From contig NZ_JAGIOS010000004.1 of assembly GCF_017876815.1 (NCBI RefSeq), positions 60,001 to 92,000 of the forward strand: DNA of 32,000 nt, given 5' to 3'. Below, piece by piece: positions 7,563 through 14,879 of this stretch. The position numbers and the translations under genes are program-made. The stretch's first letter is position 1. Every line of letters begins with the position of its first letter. The stretch is from Sinorhizobium meliloti (lineage in GTDB: Bacteria; Pseudomonadota; Alphaproteobacteria; Rhizobiales; Rhizobiaceae). The notes under the pieces are model-generated. The model was not told the origin of the DNA and did no database searches. It saw nothing but the letters and a program-made list of their open reading frames with translations.

Positions 7563-9630
7563 CCATCTGGGCCGCGCCGCGGTGGTCTATGTCCGCCAGT
7601 CAACCATGGCGCAAGTGACGGGCAATCTCGAAAGCCAGCGCCGGCAATATGATCTGGCTGGCGCCGCCGCAACGACCGGGTTTGCATCGGTAACTGTGAT
7701 TGATGATGACCTTGGACGCTCAGGCTCAGGCAGCGTGGAGCGACCCGGGTTTGAGCGGCTTGTCGCGCTGGTCTGCTCAGGCAATGTAGGAGCGGTCTAC
7801 TGCATCGAGGCATCGCGTCTGGCGCGCAATGGGCGGGACTGGCATCATCTGATCGATCTGTGCGCGCTCACCGGTACGCTGGTCATCGATCCAGATGGCG
7901 CCTTTGATCCAAGGCTTGTCAATGATCGTCTGCTGCTTGGGCTGAAAGGCACGATGTCGGAGTACGAACTGAGCTTGATCCGTCAGCGCGGCATTGCCGC
8001 GCGCGATTCCAAGGCGGGACGCGGGGAGTTCCGGTTCATGTTACCTCCGGGCTTCTGCTGGAGTGAGGCGGGCAAGATCGAGATCGATCCGGACGAACAT
8101 GTGGCGGAGACGATCAAGCTCGTCTTTGCCAAATTCCGGGAACTGGGAAGTGGGCGACAAGTCTTTTTGTGGCTGCGGTCGGCCGATATCAAGATGCCCG
8201 TCGTCTTGCGCAACGTGGAAGTGCGCAAGCTCGTCTGGAAGGCGCCAGCTTATCATAGCGTCATGCAGACCCTCCACAATCCACTCTACGCGGGCGCCTA
8301 TGCCTTCGGAAGGCGAGCACAACGAACGTTGATCATCGATGGTCGCGCTCGCAAGGCCAACGGGCTGCGCAAGCCCAGGGATGATTGGAGTGTATTGCTG
8401 CGCGACAATCATGAAGGTTACATCACCTGGCGGGAGTATGAAGAGAACCAGAAGCTTCTGACCGAGAACGCACACATGAAGAGGAATTGTGATCGCAAAT
8501 CGGCGCGCGGCGGCCGTGCCCTATTGACGGGACTGATGCGATGCGGCCGCTGTGGCCGAATGATGCGCGTCTTCTACGGCAGCGCAAAAGGCAACGCGCA
8601 TCGCTATCAGTGCCGCGGCGACGACGCTCGTGTGGGTCTTGGGCTTTGCATCGGAATTGGCGGCGTGAGGGTCGATCGTGCCGTGGCCACTCAGATTCTG
8701 GAAGCGGTTTCGGATCGCGCTGTCGAAGCGGCGATCTTCGCCTCGGATCAGGTCGAGCGGTCCGCAAGAGATGTTATAGCGGCAATTGAGCGGGACCTTG
8801 AAGGCGCACGCTATGAGGCGTCACTGGCCGGACGCAGATACGAGCTGGTCGATCCGGCCAAACGTCATGTCGCACGCGAACTGGAAGCCCGTTGGAACGA
8901 TGCACTGGAACGTGTGAGCGTGCTTGAGCGCAAGATCGAAGAATTGTCCGCGCTGTCGGCAGCACGTCCTGCAATTGATCGTGGTCGGCTTCTACAGCTT
9001 GCCCATGACTTACCGACAGTCTGGAATGCACCATCAACCGATACGCGGACAAAGCAGCGGCTCATCCATATTCTGGTCCAGGAGATCATCTGCGATCTCG
9101 ACGATACGACCAACGAGGCTGTGCTCTTGATCCATTGGACCGGCGGTCGCCATACCGAAGTGCGCGTGGCGCGGGTCAAGACTGGCCGATATCCGAGCGA
9201 CATGGCACCGCCCGCCGTAGAGGCGCTACGAAAGCTGGGCGGACATTGGCCAGATCGGGAGCTCGCAGTGTCCCTCAATCGGATGCTTTGCAAGACCGGT
9301 GATGGTGAGGGTTGGACGGCCGTGCGTGTCCGCGACATGCGCGAGCGGCTGGGCATTCCAGAATATGATCCCACAAAAGCGGGCAGTCCCGTGATTAGCC
9401 TGATGAAAGCTGCCGAAAAGCTCGGTATCTGCATCGGATCGGCCAAGAGCCTGGTGCAGAAAGGAATTCTACCTGCAACGCAGATCCTTCCAGGCTCGCC
9501 ATGGATGGTTCCCATAGAAGCACTAACGTCAGAGGCCGTTCTGATAGGGGTGCAGGGTGTGGTTGGGCGGCGGCCCAAGATTTATGAAGATTATCAATAC
9601 GATAAAGTTGTCAGATTGCCCGGACTCTAA
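7540..9630 (+). CDS. Large serine recombinase (696 aa), intact
   Basis: It has a resolvase-type catalytic N-terminus (AVVYVRQSTMAQV..ESQRRQY..DDDLGRSGS..IEASRLARNGRDWHHL), a recombinase domain (..NPLYAGAYAFGRR..), a zinc-ribbon-like CGRCGRMM..YQC, a long coiled-coil-like region and a C-terminal extension. Confidence 0.9.
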   Translation: MTTKITSDHLGRAAVVYVRQSTMAQVTGNLESQRRQYDLAGAAATTGFASVTVIDDDLGRSGSGSVERPGFERLVALVCSGNVGAVYCIEASRLARNGRDWHHLIDLCALTGTLVIDPDGAFDPRLVNDRLLLGLKGTMSEYELSLIRQRGIAARDSKAGRGEFRFMLPPGFCWSEAGKIEIDPDEHVAETIKLVFAKFRELGSGRQVFLWLRSADIKMPVVLRNVEVRKLVWKAPAYHSVMQTLHNPLYAGAYAFGRRAQRTLIIDGRARKANGLRKPRDDWSVLLRDNHEGYITWREYEENQKLLTENAHMKRNCDRKSARGGRALLTGLMRCGRCGRMMRVFYGSAKGNAHRYQCRGDDARVGLGLCIGIGGVRVDRAVATQILEAVSDRAVEAAIFASDQVERSARDVIAAIERDLEGARYEASLAGRRYELVDPAKRHVARELEARWNDALERVSVLERKIEELSALSAARPAIDRGRLLQLAHDLPTVWNAPSTDTRTKQRLIHILVQEIICDLDDTTNEAVLLIHWTGGRHTEVRVARVKTGRYPSDMAPPAVEALRKLGGHWPDRELAVSLNRMLCKTGDGEGWTAVRVRDMRERLGIPEYDPTKAGSPVISLMKAAEKLGICIGSAKSLVQKGILPATQILPGSPWMVPIEALTSEAVLIGVQGVVGRRPKIYEDYQYDKVVRLPGL

Positions 9631-9657
9631 CAGAGGGATGCATTATGAAACGCGCTG

Positions 9658-9810
9658 GCGGCGGCGATTGCAAAAGGCAAAGACCGCAGGCGCAAACGGG
9701 TCGAGCTCCATCGTCTCCTGCACCAGGACCGCAAGGCTGTTGATGCCGGCGCGGAAGTCGATCGGTTCGCGGTGCAGGTAGACCTTGAGATCAGCGCCCA
9801 GTCTGAACAT
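9658..9810 (-). pseudogene. tnpB: IS66 TnpB of element B, N-terminal 51 codons
   Basis: The translation MFRLGADLKVYLHREPIDFRAGINSLAVLVQETMELDPFAPAVFAFCNRRR then runs into the end of copy Y. Confidence 0.85.
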
Positions 9811-10249
9811 GGCCCAATGCTCCAATGACAGCCGTCAACGCATCCACATCCCTGCATTCCAGCGAAAGCTTCACGCCGTTTGGCAGCAACGCGCTGATTT
9901 TGGATAAACCTGACGGATGGCCCGTTTTCTCCAGTGATGCTCGTTGTTCTTCATCACACGTGACCGACATATCCAGCGAGCAGGTCCCGACAGGCAGGCT
10001 GCCGTCTGCTGCCACGACCGGGATAAACGCCGATCGTGGAGATACCGCCAGGGGGCCAGACTCCCTGGCCTCCTTGACCCACTTGCGCAGTAGGTTGGCA
10101 TTGATCCCATGCGTAAGCGCAAGGCCGGATATCGACACACCAGGTTCAAGGCAGGCCGCAACAAGCCGCGCCTTTGATCCTGGATCGTAGCGGCGTCGAC
10201 CATCGCGCCCCACATGCCGCACACGCAGTTTCTGCTCTTCGTCACTCAT
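9791..10249 (-). CDS. tnpA: IS66 TnpA (Orf1) of element B
   Basis: This 152-aa ORF has the HTH-like segment ..SKARLVAACLEPGVSISGLALTHGINANLLRKWVKE.. typical of IS66 Orf1. It overlaps the tnpB start. Confidence 0.85.
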   Translation of the reverse strand: MSDEEQKLRVRHVGRDGRRRYDPGSKARLVAACLEPGVSISGLALTHGINANLLRKWVKEARESGPLAVSPRSAFIPVVAADGSLPVGTCSLDMSVTCDEEQRASLEKTGHPSGLSKISALLPNGVKLSLECRDVDALTAVIGALGHVQTGR

Positions 10250-10308
10250 ATTTGGTGTCCACCTATTTTAAGTGGACACTTCATGCGGCAGAGGCATCAA
10301 CGAGAAAA

Positions 10309-10330
10309 GGCGCATGGAAATGAGCGCTTA
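10309..10330. repeat. IS66-B terminal inverted repeat (tnpA-proximal end), lacking its outermost base, which sits at 12243 beyond the intron
   Basis: The plus strand reads GGCGCATGGAAATGAGCGCTTA, followed by the intron GTGCGG. Confidence 0.85.
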
Positions 10331-10358
10331 GTGCGGCTGCAAAGCCGATGAAAGATAG

Positions 10359-12185
10359 TTGATGAAAGTTCAACACGGAGAAGAAGTGGCGAATCACTCT
10401 GACCCCGAGTCATGCGGCGCACATCGCGAGGTGTGCGTCGAAGCGTTGACAGGGGAAACCGGCAGGCCGGCCATTGAGCCGCGAAATGATCAATTCGGGA
10501 TGCCGACGCTGTTAAGCGAAGCGGAAGGCAACACGGTGCATGGCGTCAATCGCAAGCCATGCCCCGATCCCGCGCGGTCGGAGACCCTGTGCATGTCGGG
10601 AAGTCTTTCATACGGAAGCAGCGAGATCTCATCAGTGTCCAGTGCAAATGGACTGGACGGGGCTGGGAAGGTCGTTGATCATAATCCGGTCGTCAACGCT
10701 GATGAGAAGTCGGATACACCCATAGTACCGCAGAAGTTGCCGAACAAAGGAGATGATCCTGCGGAGGCAATGGAGGGAAGGGGTGTAATCGGAGGGAACG
10801 CCTTTGAGACTCCAGCGTGCCGGACGCAGAGCCGGATAAAACACGCTTCGATGGGGATCGAAGGTGTACGGGAAGCCGCCAAGCGGGACCCGAAGATGCG
10901 TTTCACGGCGCTGATGCACCACATCACTCCGACGCTATTGGTGAAGAGCTTCCATGCGCTGCGCAAGCAAGCGGCGAGCGGTGTGGATGGCGTGACGTGG
11001 TACGACTATGAGAAGACCCTCGAAGGGCGCGTGCACGAACTGCACCGGGAGATTCAATCCGGTGCCTATCGTGCTCAACCCTCCCGACGGGTCTACATTC
11101 CGAAGAATGACGGCAGGCTCCGTCCTCTCGGCATTGCAGCGCTGGAAGAAAAAGTCGTGCAGATGGCCGTCACCACGGTTCTGAACGCGATCTATGAGCA
11201 AGACTTCCTCGGCTTCTCATACGGGTTCCGGCAAGGAAGGGGCCAGCATGACGCGCTGGACGCCTTGTGGGTTGGGATCGACAAGCGGAAGATCAACTGG
11301 ATACTGGACGCGGATATTCGCTCGTTTTACGATGAAATCGATCACGAGTGGATGCTTCGTTTCCTGTCGCATCGAGTTGGTGACCGCCGGCTGATACGTC
11401 TGATCCACAAATGGTTGAAAGCGGGCACGATTGAGGATGGCCGCCGCGTCGCATCAACGCGAGGAACTCCTCAGGGCTCTGTAATTAGCCCGGTGCTATC
11501 GAATATCTATCTGCATTACGCATTGGATTTATGGGTCCAGCAATGGCGTACTCGAAATGCTAAAGGCGACGTGATCATTGTACGTTATGCCGACGACAGC
11601 GTGATTGGGTTCCAGTACGAAGGAGAGGCGCAGCGCTTCCTGCAAGCATTGCGGGAGCGTCTCGCTCAGTTTGGTTTGCAGCTACACCCGGAAAAGACGC
11701 GGCTGATACGCTTTGGGCGGTATGCTGCGCGAAACTGCCGGGAGCGTGGTATCCGCAAGCCAGAGACCTTCGACTTTTTGGGATTCACGCACTGCTGCGG
11801 CAGGCGGCGCAATGATGGGGGCTTCAAGATTGTCCGTCTAACGATCAAGAAGCGCATGCGCACGACGCTGGAGGCCATTCGGGGAACGCTTATGCGACGA
11901 CGCCATGAACCGGTGGCAGTAGTAGGTCGGTGGCTACGGCAAGTGTTACAGGGGTATTTGAACTACCATGCGGTGCCAGACAATCTGAGAAGATTGGGAG
12001 GATTCCGCTGGGAAGTTGGTCGCGCTTGGCGACACGCGCTGATGCGTCGGAGCCAACGACACCGGCTGTCTTGGGAGCGTTTCCAAAGGCTGCTTCGCAA
12101 ATACCTGCCACCGTGCCGCCTGATGCATCCGCATCCAGATGCTCGGCTTACCGTCACAACATCCGATAGGAGCCGTATGCGGTAG
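10359..12185 (+). CDS. Group II intron-encoded reverse transcriptase/maturase; the true start is probably internal (ATG 10770 or 10851, or a non-ATG codon near 10690)
   Basis: RT blocks are present (..RVYIPKNDGRLRPLGIAALEEKVVQ.., ..RGTPQGSVISPVLSNIYL.., ..IVRYADDSVIGF..), as is the maturase region (..FDFLGFTH.., ..GYLNYHAVP..). No HNH endonuclease tail was seen. The first ~140 codons run through intron domains I-III. Confidence 0.9.
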   Translation: MMKVQHGEEVANHSDPESCGAHREVCVEALTGETGRPAIEPRNDQFGMPTLLSEAEGNTVHGVNRKPCPDPARSETLCMSGSLSYGSSEISSVSSANGLDGAGKVVDHNPVVNADEKSDTPIVPQKLPNKGDDPAEAMEGRGVIGGNAFETPACRTQSRIKHASMGIEGVREAAKRDPKMRFTALMHHITPTLLVKSFHALRKQAASGVDGVTWYDYEKTLEGRVHELHREIQSGAYRAQPSRRVYIPKNDGRLRPLGIAALEEKVVQMAVTTVLNAIYEQDFLGFSYGFRQGRGQHDALDALWVGIDKRKINWILDADIRSFYDEIDHEWMLRFLSHRVGDRRLIRLIHKWLKAGTIEDGRRVASTRGTPQGSVISPVLSNIYLHYALDLWVQQWRTRNAKGDVIIVRYADDSVIGFQYEGEAQRFLQALRERLAQFGLQLHPEKTRLIRFGRYAARNCRERGIRKPETFDFLGFTHCCGRRRNDGGFKIVRLTIKKRMRTTLEAIRGTLMRRRHEPVAVVGRWLRQVLQGYLNYHAVPDNLRRLGGFRWEVGRAWRHALMRRSQRHRLSWERFQRLLRKYLPPCRLMHPHPDARLTVTTSDRSRMR

Positions 12186-12242
12186 TGCCGCACGTACGGA
12201 TCTGACCGGGGGGCGATGGGTAACCATCGTCCCTACCGGGAC
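12170..12242 (+). ncRNA. Group II intron domains V and VI (catalytic hairpin and branch-point hairpin)
   Basis: The folds were done by hand and are described under the intron feature. Confidence 0.7.
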
Positions 12243-12243
12243 C

Positions 12244-12251
12244 CGACGCCG
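12244..12251. repeat. 8-bp target-site duplication of IS66-B (CGACGCCG), right copy
   Basis: It is identical to 5120-5127. Confidence 0.85.
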
Positions 12252-12445
12252 GCGCCAGCGTATTGCGGGATCTCATCATCTTCCTCCTGAGTGATTCTAC
12301 GTCCACCTCGGAAGAGTGCAGGCTTGTCGCCGCCTGTGACCAGCCCGTTAAGTTCGATCAGCGCCGCAAGATCCACGCGTGCCAGACCCATCGTCATGCC
12401 GGCGCACACCACAGGATCAACCATCCATCCGGCAATCGAAACCAC
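12252..12445 (-). pseudogene. Small-ORF region (ORF a N-terminal part, ORF b first 12 codons) of LSR copy X, separated from the rest by IS66-B
   Basis: ORF a reads ..VVSIAGWMVDPVVCAGMTMGLARVDLAALIELNGLVTGGDKPALFRGGRRITQEEDDEIPQYAGAGVG. ORF b starts at AGGAGGAAGATGATG (ATG at 12279 or 12276) in the +1 frame: MMRSRNTLAPAS, continued at 5127. Confidence 0.45.
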
Positions 12446-12593
12446 GGCACCTGTCGGCCCTAAAACATGCAGAAATTGACCTGTCGCTCGTTCGTCGACG
12501 CGGCGAACGCTAACCTTTTGTCCAAAATATGGATGCCAGCGATAATGAACCTCGACTTCATCGCCGACATGGGCAGAATGAACGGGGGATGGG

Positions 12594-12814
12594 AATCGGA
12601 AGAAAAAACTGGCTCTTCGCCGGGTCAGACAAGGGCGGCGAGCGCATCGCCAATATCCTGACGATCATCGAGACTGCCAAACAACATGGCCTCAAATCCG
12701 GAGGCCTATCTCACAGACGTCCTGACCCGGATCCAGAGCCATTCAAAGGATCGGCTCCAGGAATTGCTGCCGTGGCAGTGGGCGCCGGCGAAAGACCGAT
12801 ACGAGGCTGCGTGA
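12594..12814 (+). pseudogene. tnpC: IS66 transposase TnpC of element A, 3' part
   Basis: The translation ..IGRKNWLFAGSDKGGERIANILTIIETAKQHGL is followed by a one-base frameshift (extra A near 12697). The expected tail NPEAYLTDVLTRIQSHSKDRLQELLPWQWAPAKDRYEAA* then ends at 12812-12814. Confidence 0.8.
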
Positions 12815-13119
12815 TGGCACGGTCGAGGTTCATCTACACGCTCAAAGAAGTCGCCGTCATGATCGGGGAGAATCTCGAATTAATCGAGGAGGTGACGGCC
12901 AACTCGGACAATATCGCCGAAGGCGAATTGGTTTATGTCCGCGATGGCAGTGAAGATGGCACCAAAGGCCTGACCGAAAATGGAATTGACGACCTTCGAG
13001 ATCTCCTGGCCGACATACGAACGTGGGATGGTGGAATCCGCCAGTTCCTCGTCGATGAACAATGCGACCTCGAGATGATCGAGCGCGTCATGGCAGATGA
13101 GGTGAAGCGCGTCCTATAG
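12814..13119 (+). CDS. Hypothetical acidic 101-aa protein, extra ORF inside IS66-A downstream of tnpC
   Basis: Its ATG overlaps the tnpC stop (TGATG, 12812-12816). It lies between tnpC and the IS terminus at 13164. The product, MARSRFIYTLKEVAVMIGENLELIEEVTANSDN.., matched no family I recognise. Confidence 0.45.
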   Translation: MARSRFIYTLKEVAVMIGENLELIEEVTANSDNIAEGELVYVRDGSEDGTKGLTENGIDDLRDLLADIRTWDGGIRQFLVDEQCDLEMIERVMADEVKRVL

Positions 13120-13141
13120 CTTCGGCGGCTCGACCAAGCAG

Positions 13142-13164
13142 AAATGCTTTCGCCGGACGCTCAC
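13142..13164. repeat. Right terminal inverted repeat of IS66-A
   Basis: The reverse complement, GTGAGCGTCCGGCGAAAGCATTT, begins like the other IS66 termini in this window. Confidence 0.6.
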
Positions 13165-13547
13165 GCGATAACGACGGGCCTTCGGGTCCGAACCCTGAGA
13201 TCATTGAGGGTTCGTACGACGTCCAGCCCTGCGAGAACGCCTAAAACGCCGTCGTATTTCCCGCCGGTGGGCTGAGTATCAAGGTGACTGCCGATATACA
13301 GTGGCAAGGCTTCACCGTCAGACCCATCTCGCTGTGCGAACATGTTTCCCATGTCGTCGACAGCCACCGCCATACCGGCTTCAACGCACCACTTCGCGAA
13401 TAACCTCCGGCCTTGCGCGTCCTCATCTGTGAGTGCTTGTCGATTATTGCCGCCAGCTATCCCGGGTCCGATTTTAGCCATCTCCATTAAAATATTTTAA
13501 AGACGATCTGGATTGACTAACGCGTTGCTGAGGTTACTCCTGCTCAT
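13165..13547 (-). pseudogene. M20-family amidohydrolase (N-carbamoyl-amino-acid / allantoate amidohydrolase type), N-terminal ~125 codons only
   Basis: The translation is MSRSNLSNALVNPDRL*NILMEMAKIGPGIAGGNNRQALTDEDAQGRRLFAKWCVEAGMAVAVDDMGNMFAQR..IGSHLDTQPTGGKYDGVLGVLAGLDVVRTLN... There is an in-frame TAA at 13497-13499, and the gene is cut off by the IS66-A terminus at 13164/13165. Confidence 0.75.
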
Positions 13548-14208
13548 TCGGCCTCCTGAGATAGGTAACGGCGCCCATTAGAACCAGAACGATGGCGGCA
13601 TAGGTCAGCGCCACCACTGAAAACATTTCGACGGGTGCAAAGTTTGATGACGAAATTCTTCGTGCGACCCCGAGCAAGTCTGCAACCGCTATTGCGCTCA
13701 GTAGGGCGCTTCCTTTCAGCAAGAAGATGATCTCGTTGAGATATGCTGGGAGTATCAGGCGCACTGCCTGGGGAAAAATAACGCGGGTAAATGCCGTTCG
13801 CTTCTGAAGACCAAGCGATCGTGCAGCCTCCCACTGCCCCCGATGCACATTTGCAAACGCCCCGGCCCACAGTGGCGTGAGGTAGCCTGCGTGGTTGATG
13901 GCGAATACTACGGTTGCACACGAGATCGGGTCTTTGAGGATCCACCAGACAGGCGAGCTTCGAATCCATGAGAATTGAGCAAAACCGTAGTAGACGAAGA
14001 ACAATTGGACCAGAATGGGGGTGCCCCGTATGATCCCGGCGCCCACCTGCACAATCGTGCGCAGTTCCCGTTTGGGAGATAGCATCAGAAGCGAAGCCGC
14101 CAACGCCAAGGTGCCTCCTATCAAGGCAGCGCTGACGACGATCTGCAGGGTATTCTGAAGTCCTTTTGCCAGTGCAGGCAGGCTGGACGAAATTAGATCG
14201 ACATCCAT
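13534..14208 (-). CDS. Polar amino-acid/opine-type ABC transporter permease (HisM/OccM-like)
   Basis: This multi-pass membrane protein has the EAA-like loop ..EAARSLGLQKRTAFTRVIFPQAVRLILPAY... The ATG at 14208 overlaps the stop of the upstream permease. Confidence 0.8.
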   Translation of the reverse strand: MDVDLISSSLPALAKGLQNTLQIVVSAALIGGTLALAASLLMLSPKRELRTIVQVGAGIIRGTPILVQLFFVYYGFAQFSWIRSSPVWWILKDPISCATVVFAINHAGYLTPLWAGAFANVHRGQWEAARSLGLQKRTAFTRVIFPQAVRLILPAYLNEIIFLLKGSALLSAIAVADLLGVARRISSSNFAPVEMFSVVALTYAAIVLVLMGAVTYLRRPNEQE

Positions 14209-14879
14209 CGGTGAGGCTCCCTGAGTTCCCCTCGAGAGGAAAGGCGGCGACCCAAAAACAGATTTGAGCAATACGTCATCGCCAAGTAGATGCATCCAGC
14301 CAAAGCGTAGAATTCGAAAGAGGCACCGGTCACCCGAGCGGCTACAGTTGAATTCCTCATCAGTTCGGCCACGCCAATGAGCGAAACGATAGATGTGTCC
14401 TTAACGAGTGAGACCCAGAGATTTAATGCGCCCGGGCCTGCAATCCTAACGGCGAGCGGCGCTCGTATAAGGAAGAACGATTGCCGGCGATGAAGCCCAA
14501 GAGCGTCAGCCGCTTCAACGAGACCGCGGTTTACATCCCTTAGGGCACCGCGCATAAGCTCGCCAAAATACGTGGCGTAGGCGACCCCAAGCGCGCTGCC
14601 CCCGCCCCAAAAGGGCGACAATTGAAAGTCACTGCCGAATATCTTCTGCAAGAGGAGGGTTCCGGCGAAGTAAAGCACGAGAAGCGTGATGAATTCGGGT
14701 ACGGCCATGACTGCTAAGCAGAAGCTCCGGAGCAACACCGCGCCAGGGCCTCCTTCATAAGTCAGAGTCGCATAGATCAAGCCGACTGTGACGGCTATCA
14801 CGGCGCTGACTAGCGAAAGCGTGACGGTAAGCGCCACGCCCTCGAGTATGAGATATCCGTAGCCACCGAGAAAGCTCAT
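14193..14879 (-). CDS. Polar amino-acid/opine-type ABC transporter permease (HisQ/OccQ-like)
   Basis: The loop ..EAADALGLHRRQSFFLIRAPLAVRIAGPG.. is present. The ATG at 14879 overlaps the upstream stop as ATGA. Confidence 0.8.
   Translation of the reverse strand: MSFLGGYGYLILEGVALTVTLSLVSAVIAVTVGLIYATLTYEGGPGAVLLRSFCLAVMAVPEFITLLVLYFAGTLLLQKIFGSDFQLSPFWGGGSALGVAYATYFGELMRGALRDVNRGLVEAADALGLHRRQSFFLIRAPLAVRIAGPGALNLWVSLVKDTSIVSLIGVAELMRNSTVAARVTGASFEFYALAGCIYLAMTYCSNLFLGRRLSSRGELREPHRWMSI

Larger units (their letters stand above)
7047..9657 (+). mobile_element. Large-serine-recombinase element, copy Y (about 2.61 kb, apparently intact), inserted in tnpB of IS66-B
   Basis: Removing 7047-9657 restores tnpB-B in frame with no gain or loss of nucleotides. 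The element holds small overlapping ORFs plus a 696-aa recombinase. Its ends carry an 8-bp inverted repeat, CGCCAGCG (7048-7055 and the reverse complement of 9653-9660). The boundary carries a few nt of uncertainty. Confidence 0.7.
10331..12242 (+). mobile_element. Bacterial group II intron (about 1912 nt) with an internal RT/maturase ORF
   Basis: The 5' end is GTGCGG at 10331. Domain V (GAGCCGTATGCGGTAGTGCCGCACGTACGGATC, 12170-12202) has the AGC triad and a two-base bulge. Domain VI (12205-12240) has a bulged A in CCCTACCGGG. The 3' end is ..GGGAC. The boundaries are independently fixed by the IS66-B repeat and target duplication on both sides. Confidence 0.85.
5128..12243 (-). mobile_element. 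IS66-family element B (tnpA-tnpB-tnpC on the minus strand), carrying LSR copy Y in tnpB and a group II intron in its terminal repeat
   Basis: Its 22-nt perfect terminal inverted repeats are GTAAGCGCTCATTTCCATGCGC, at 5128-5149 and as the reverse complement of 12243 plus 10330-10310. It is flanked by the 8-bp duplication. Confidence 0.85.
2899..12593 (-). mobile_element. Large-serine-recombinase (LSR) element, copy X (own DNA 2899-5127 plus 12252-12593, about 2.57 kb), inserted in tnpC of IS66-A and itself split by IS66-B
   Basis: The tnpC-A reading frame is restored exactly by joining 2898 to 12594. The two arms are colinear with intact copy Y: small-ORF region, then recombinase, then a conserved 3' end ..GGAGTGCGTAATGAC.. 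The boundaries carry a few nt of uncertainty. Confidence 0.7.
1337..13164 (+). mobile_element. IS66-family element A: 5'-truncated (no tnpA, only the tail of tnpB), interrupted by nested insertions; right terminus at 13164
   Basis: It contains a tnpB tail, then tnpC in two pieces (1547-2898 and 12594-12814), an extra ORF, and a terminal repeat. The reverse complement of 13142-13164 is GTGAGCGTCCGGCGAAAGCATTT, which resembles the GTAAGCG/GTGAGCG termini of the other two IS66 copies in this window. Confidence 0.75.

Noticed and set aside
12529-13119. A single 196-aa ORF in the track
   Set aside because: It is a chimera of read-through of the copy X end, the frameshifted tail of tnpC-A, and then a separate small ORF starting at 12814.
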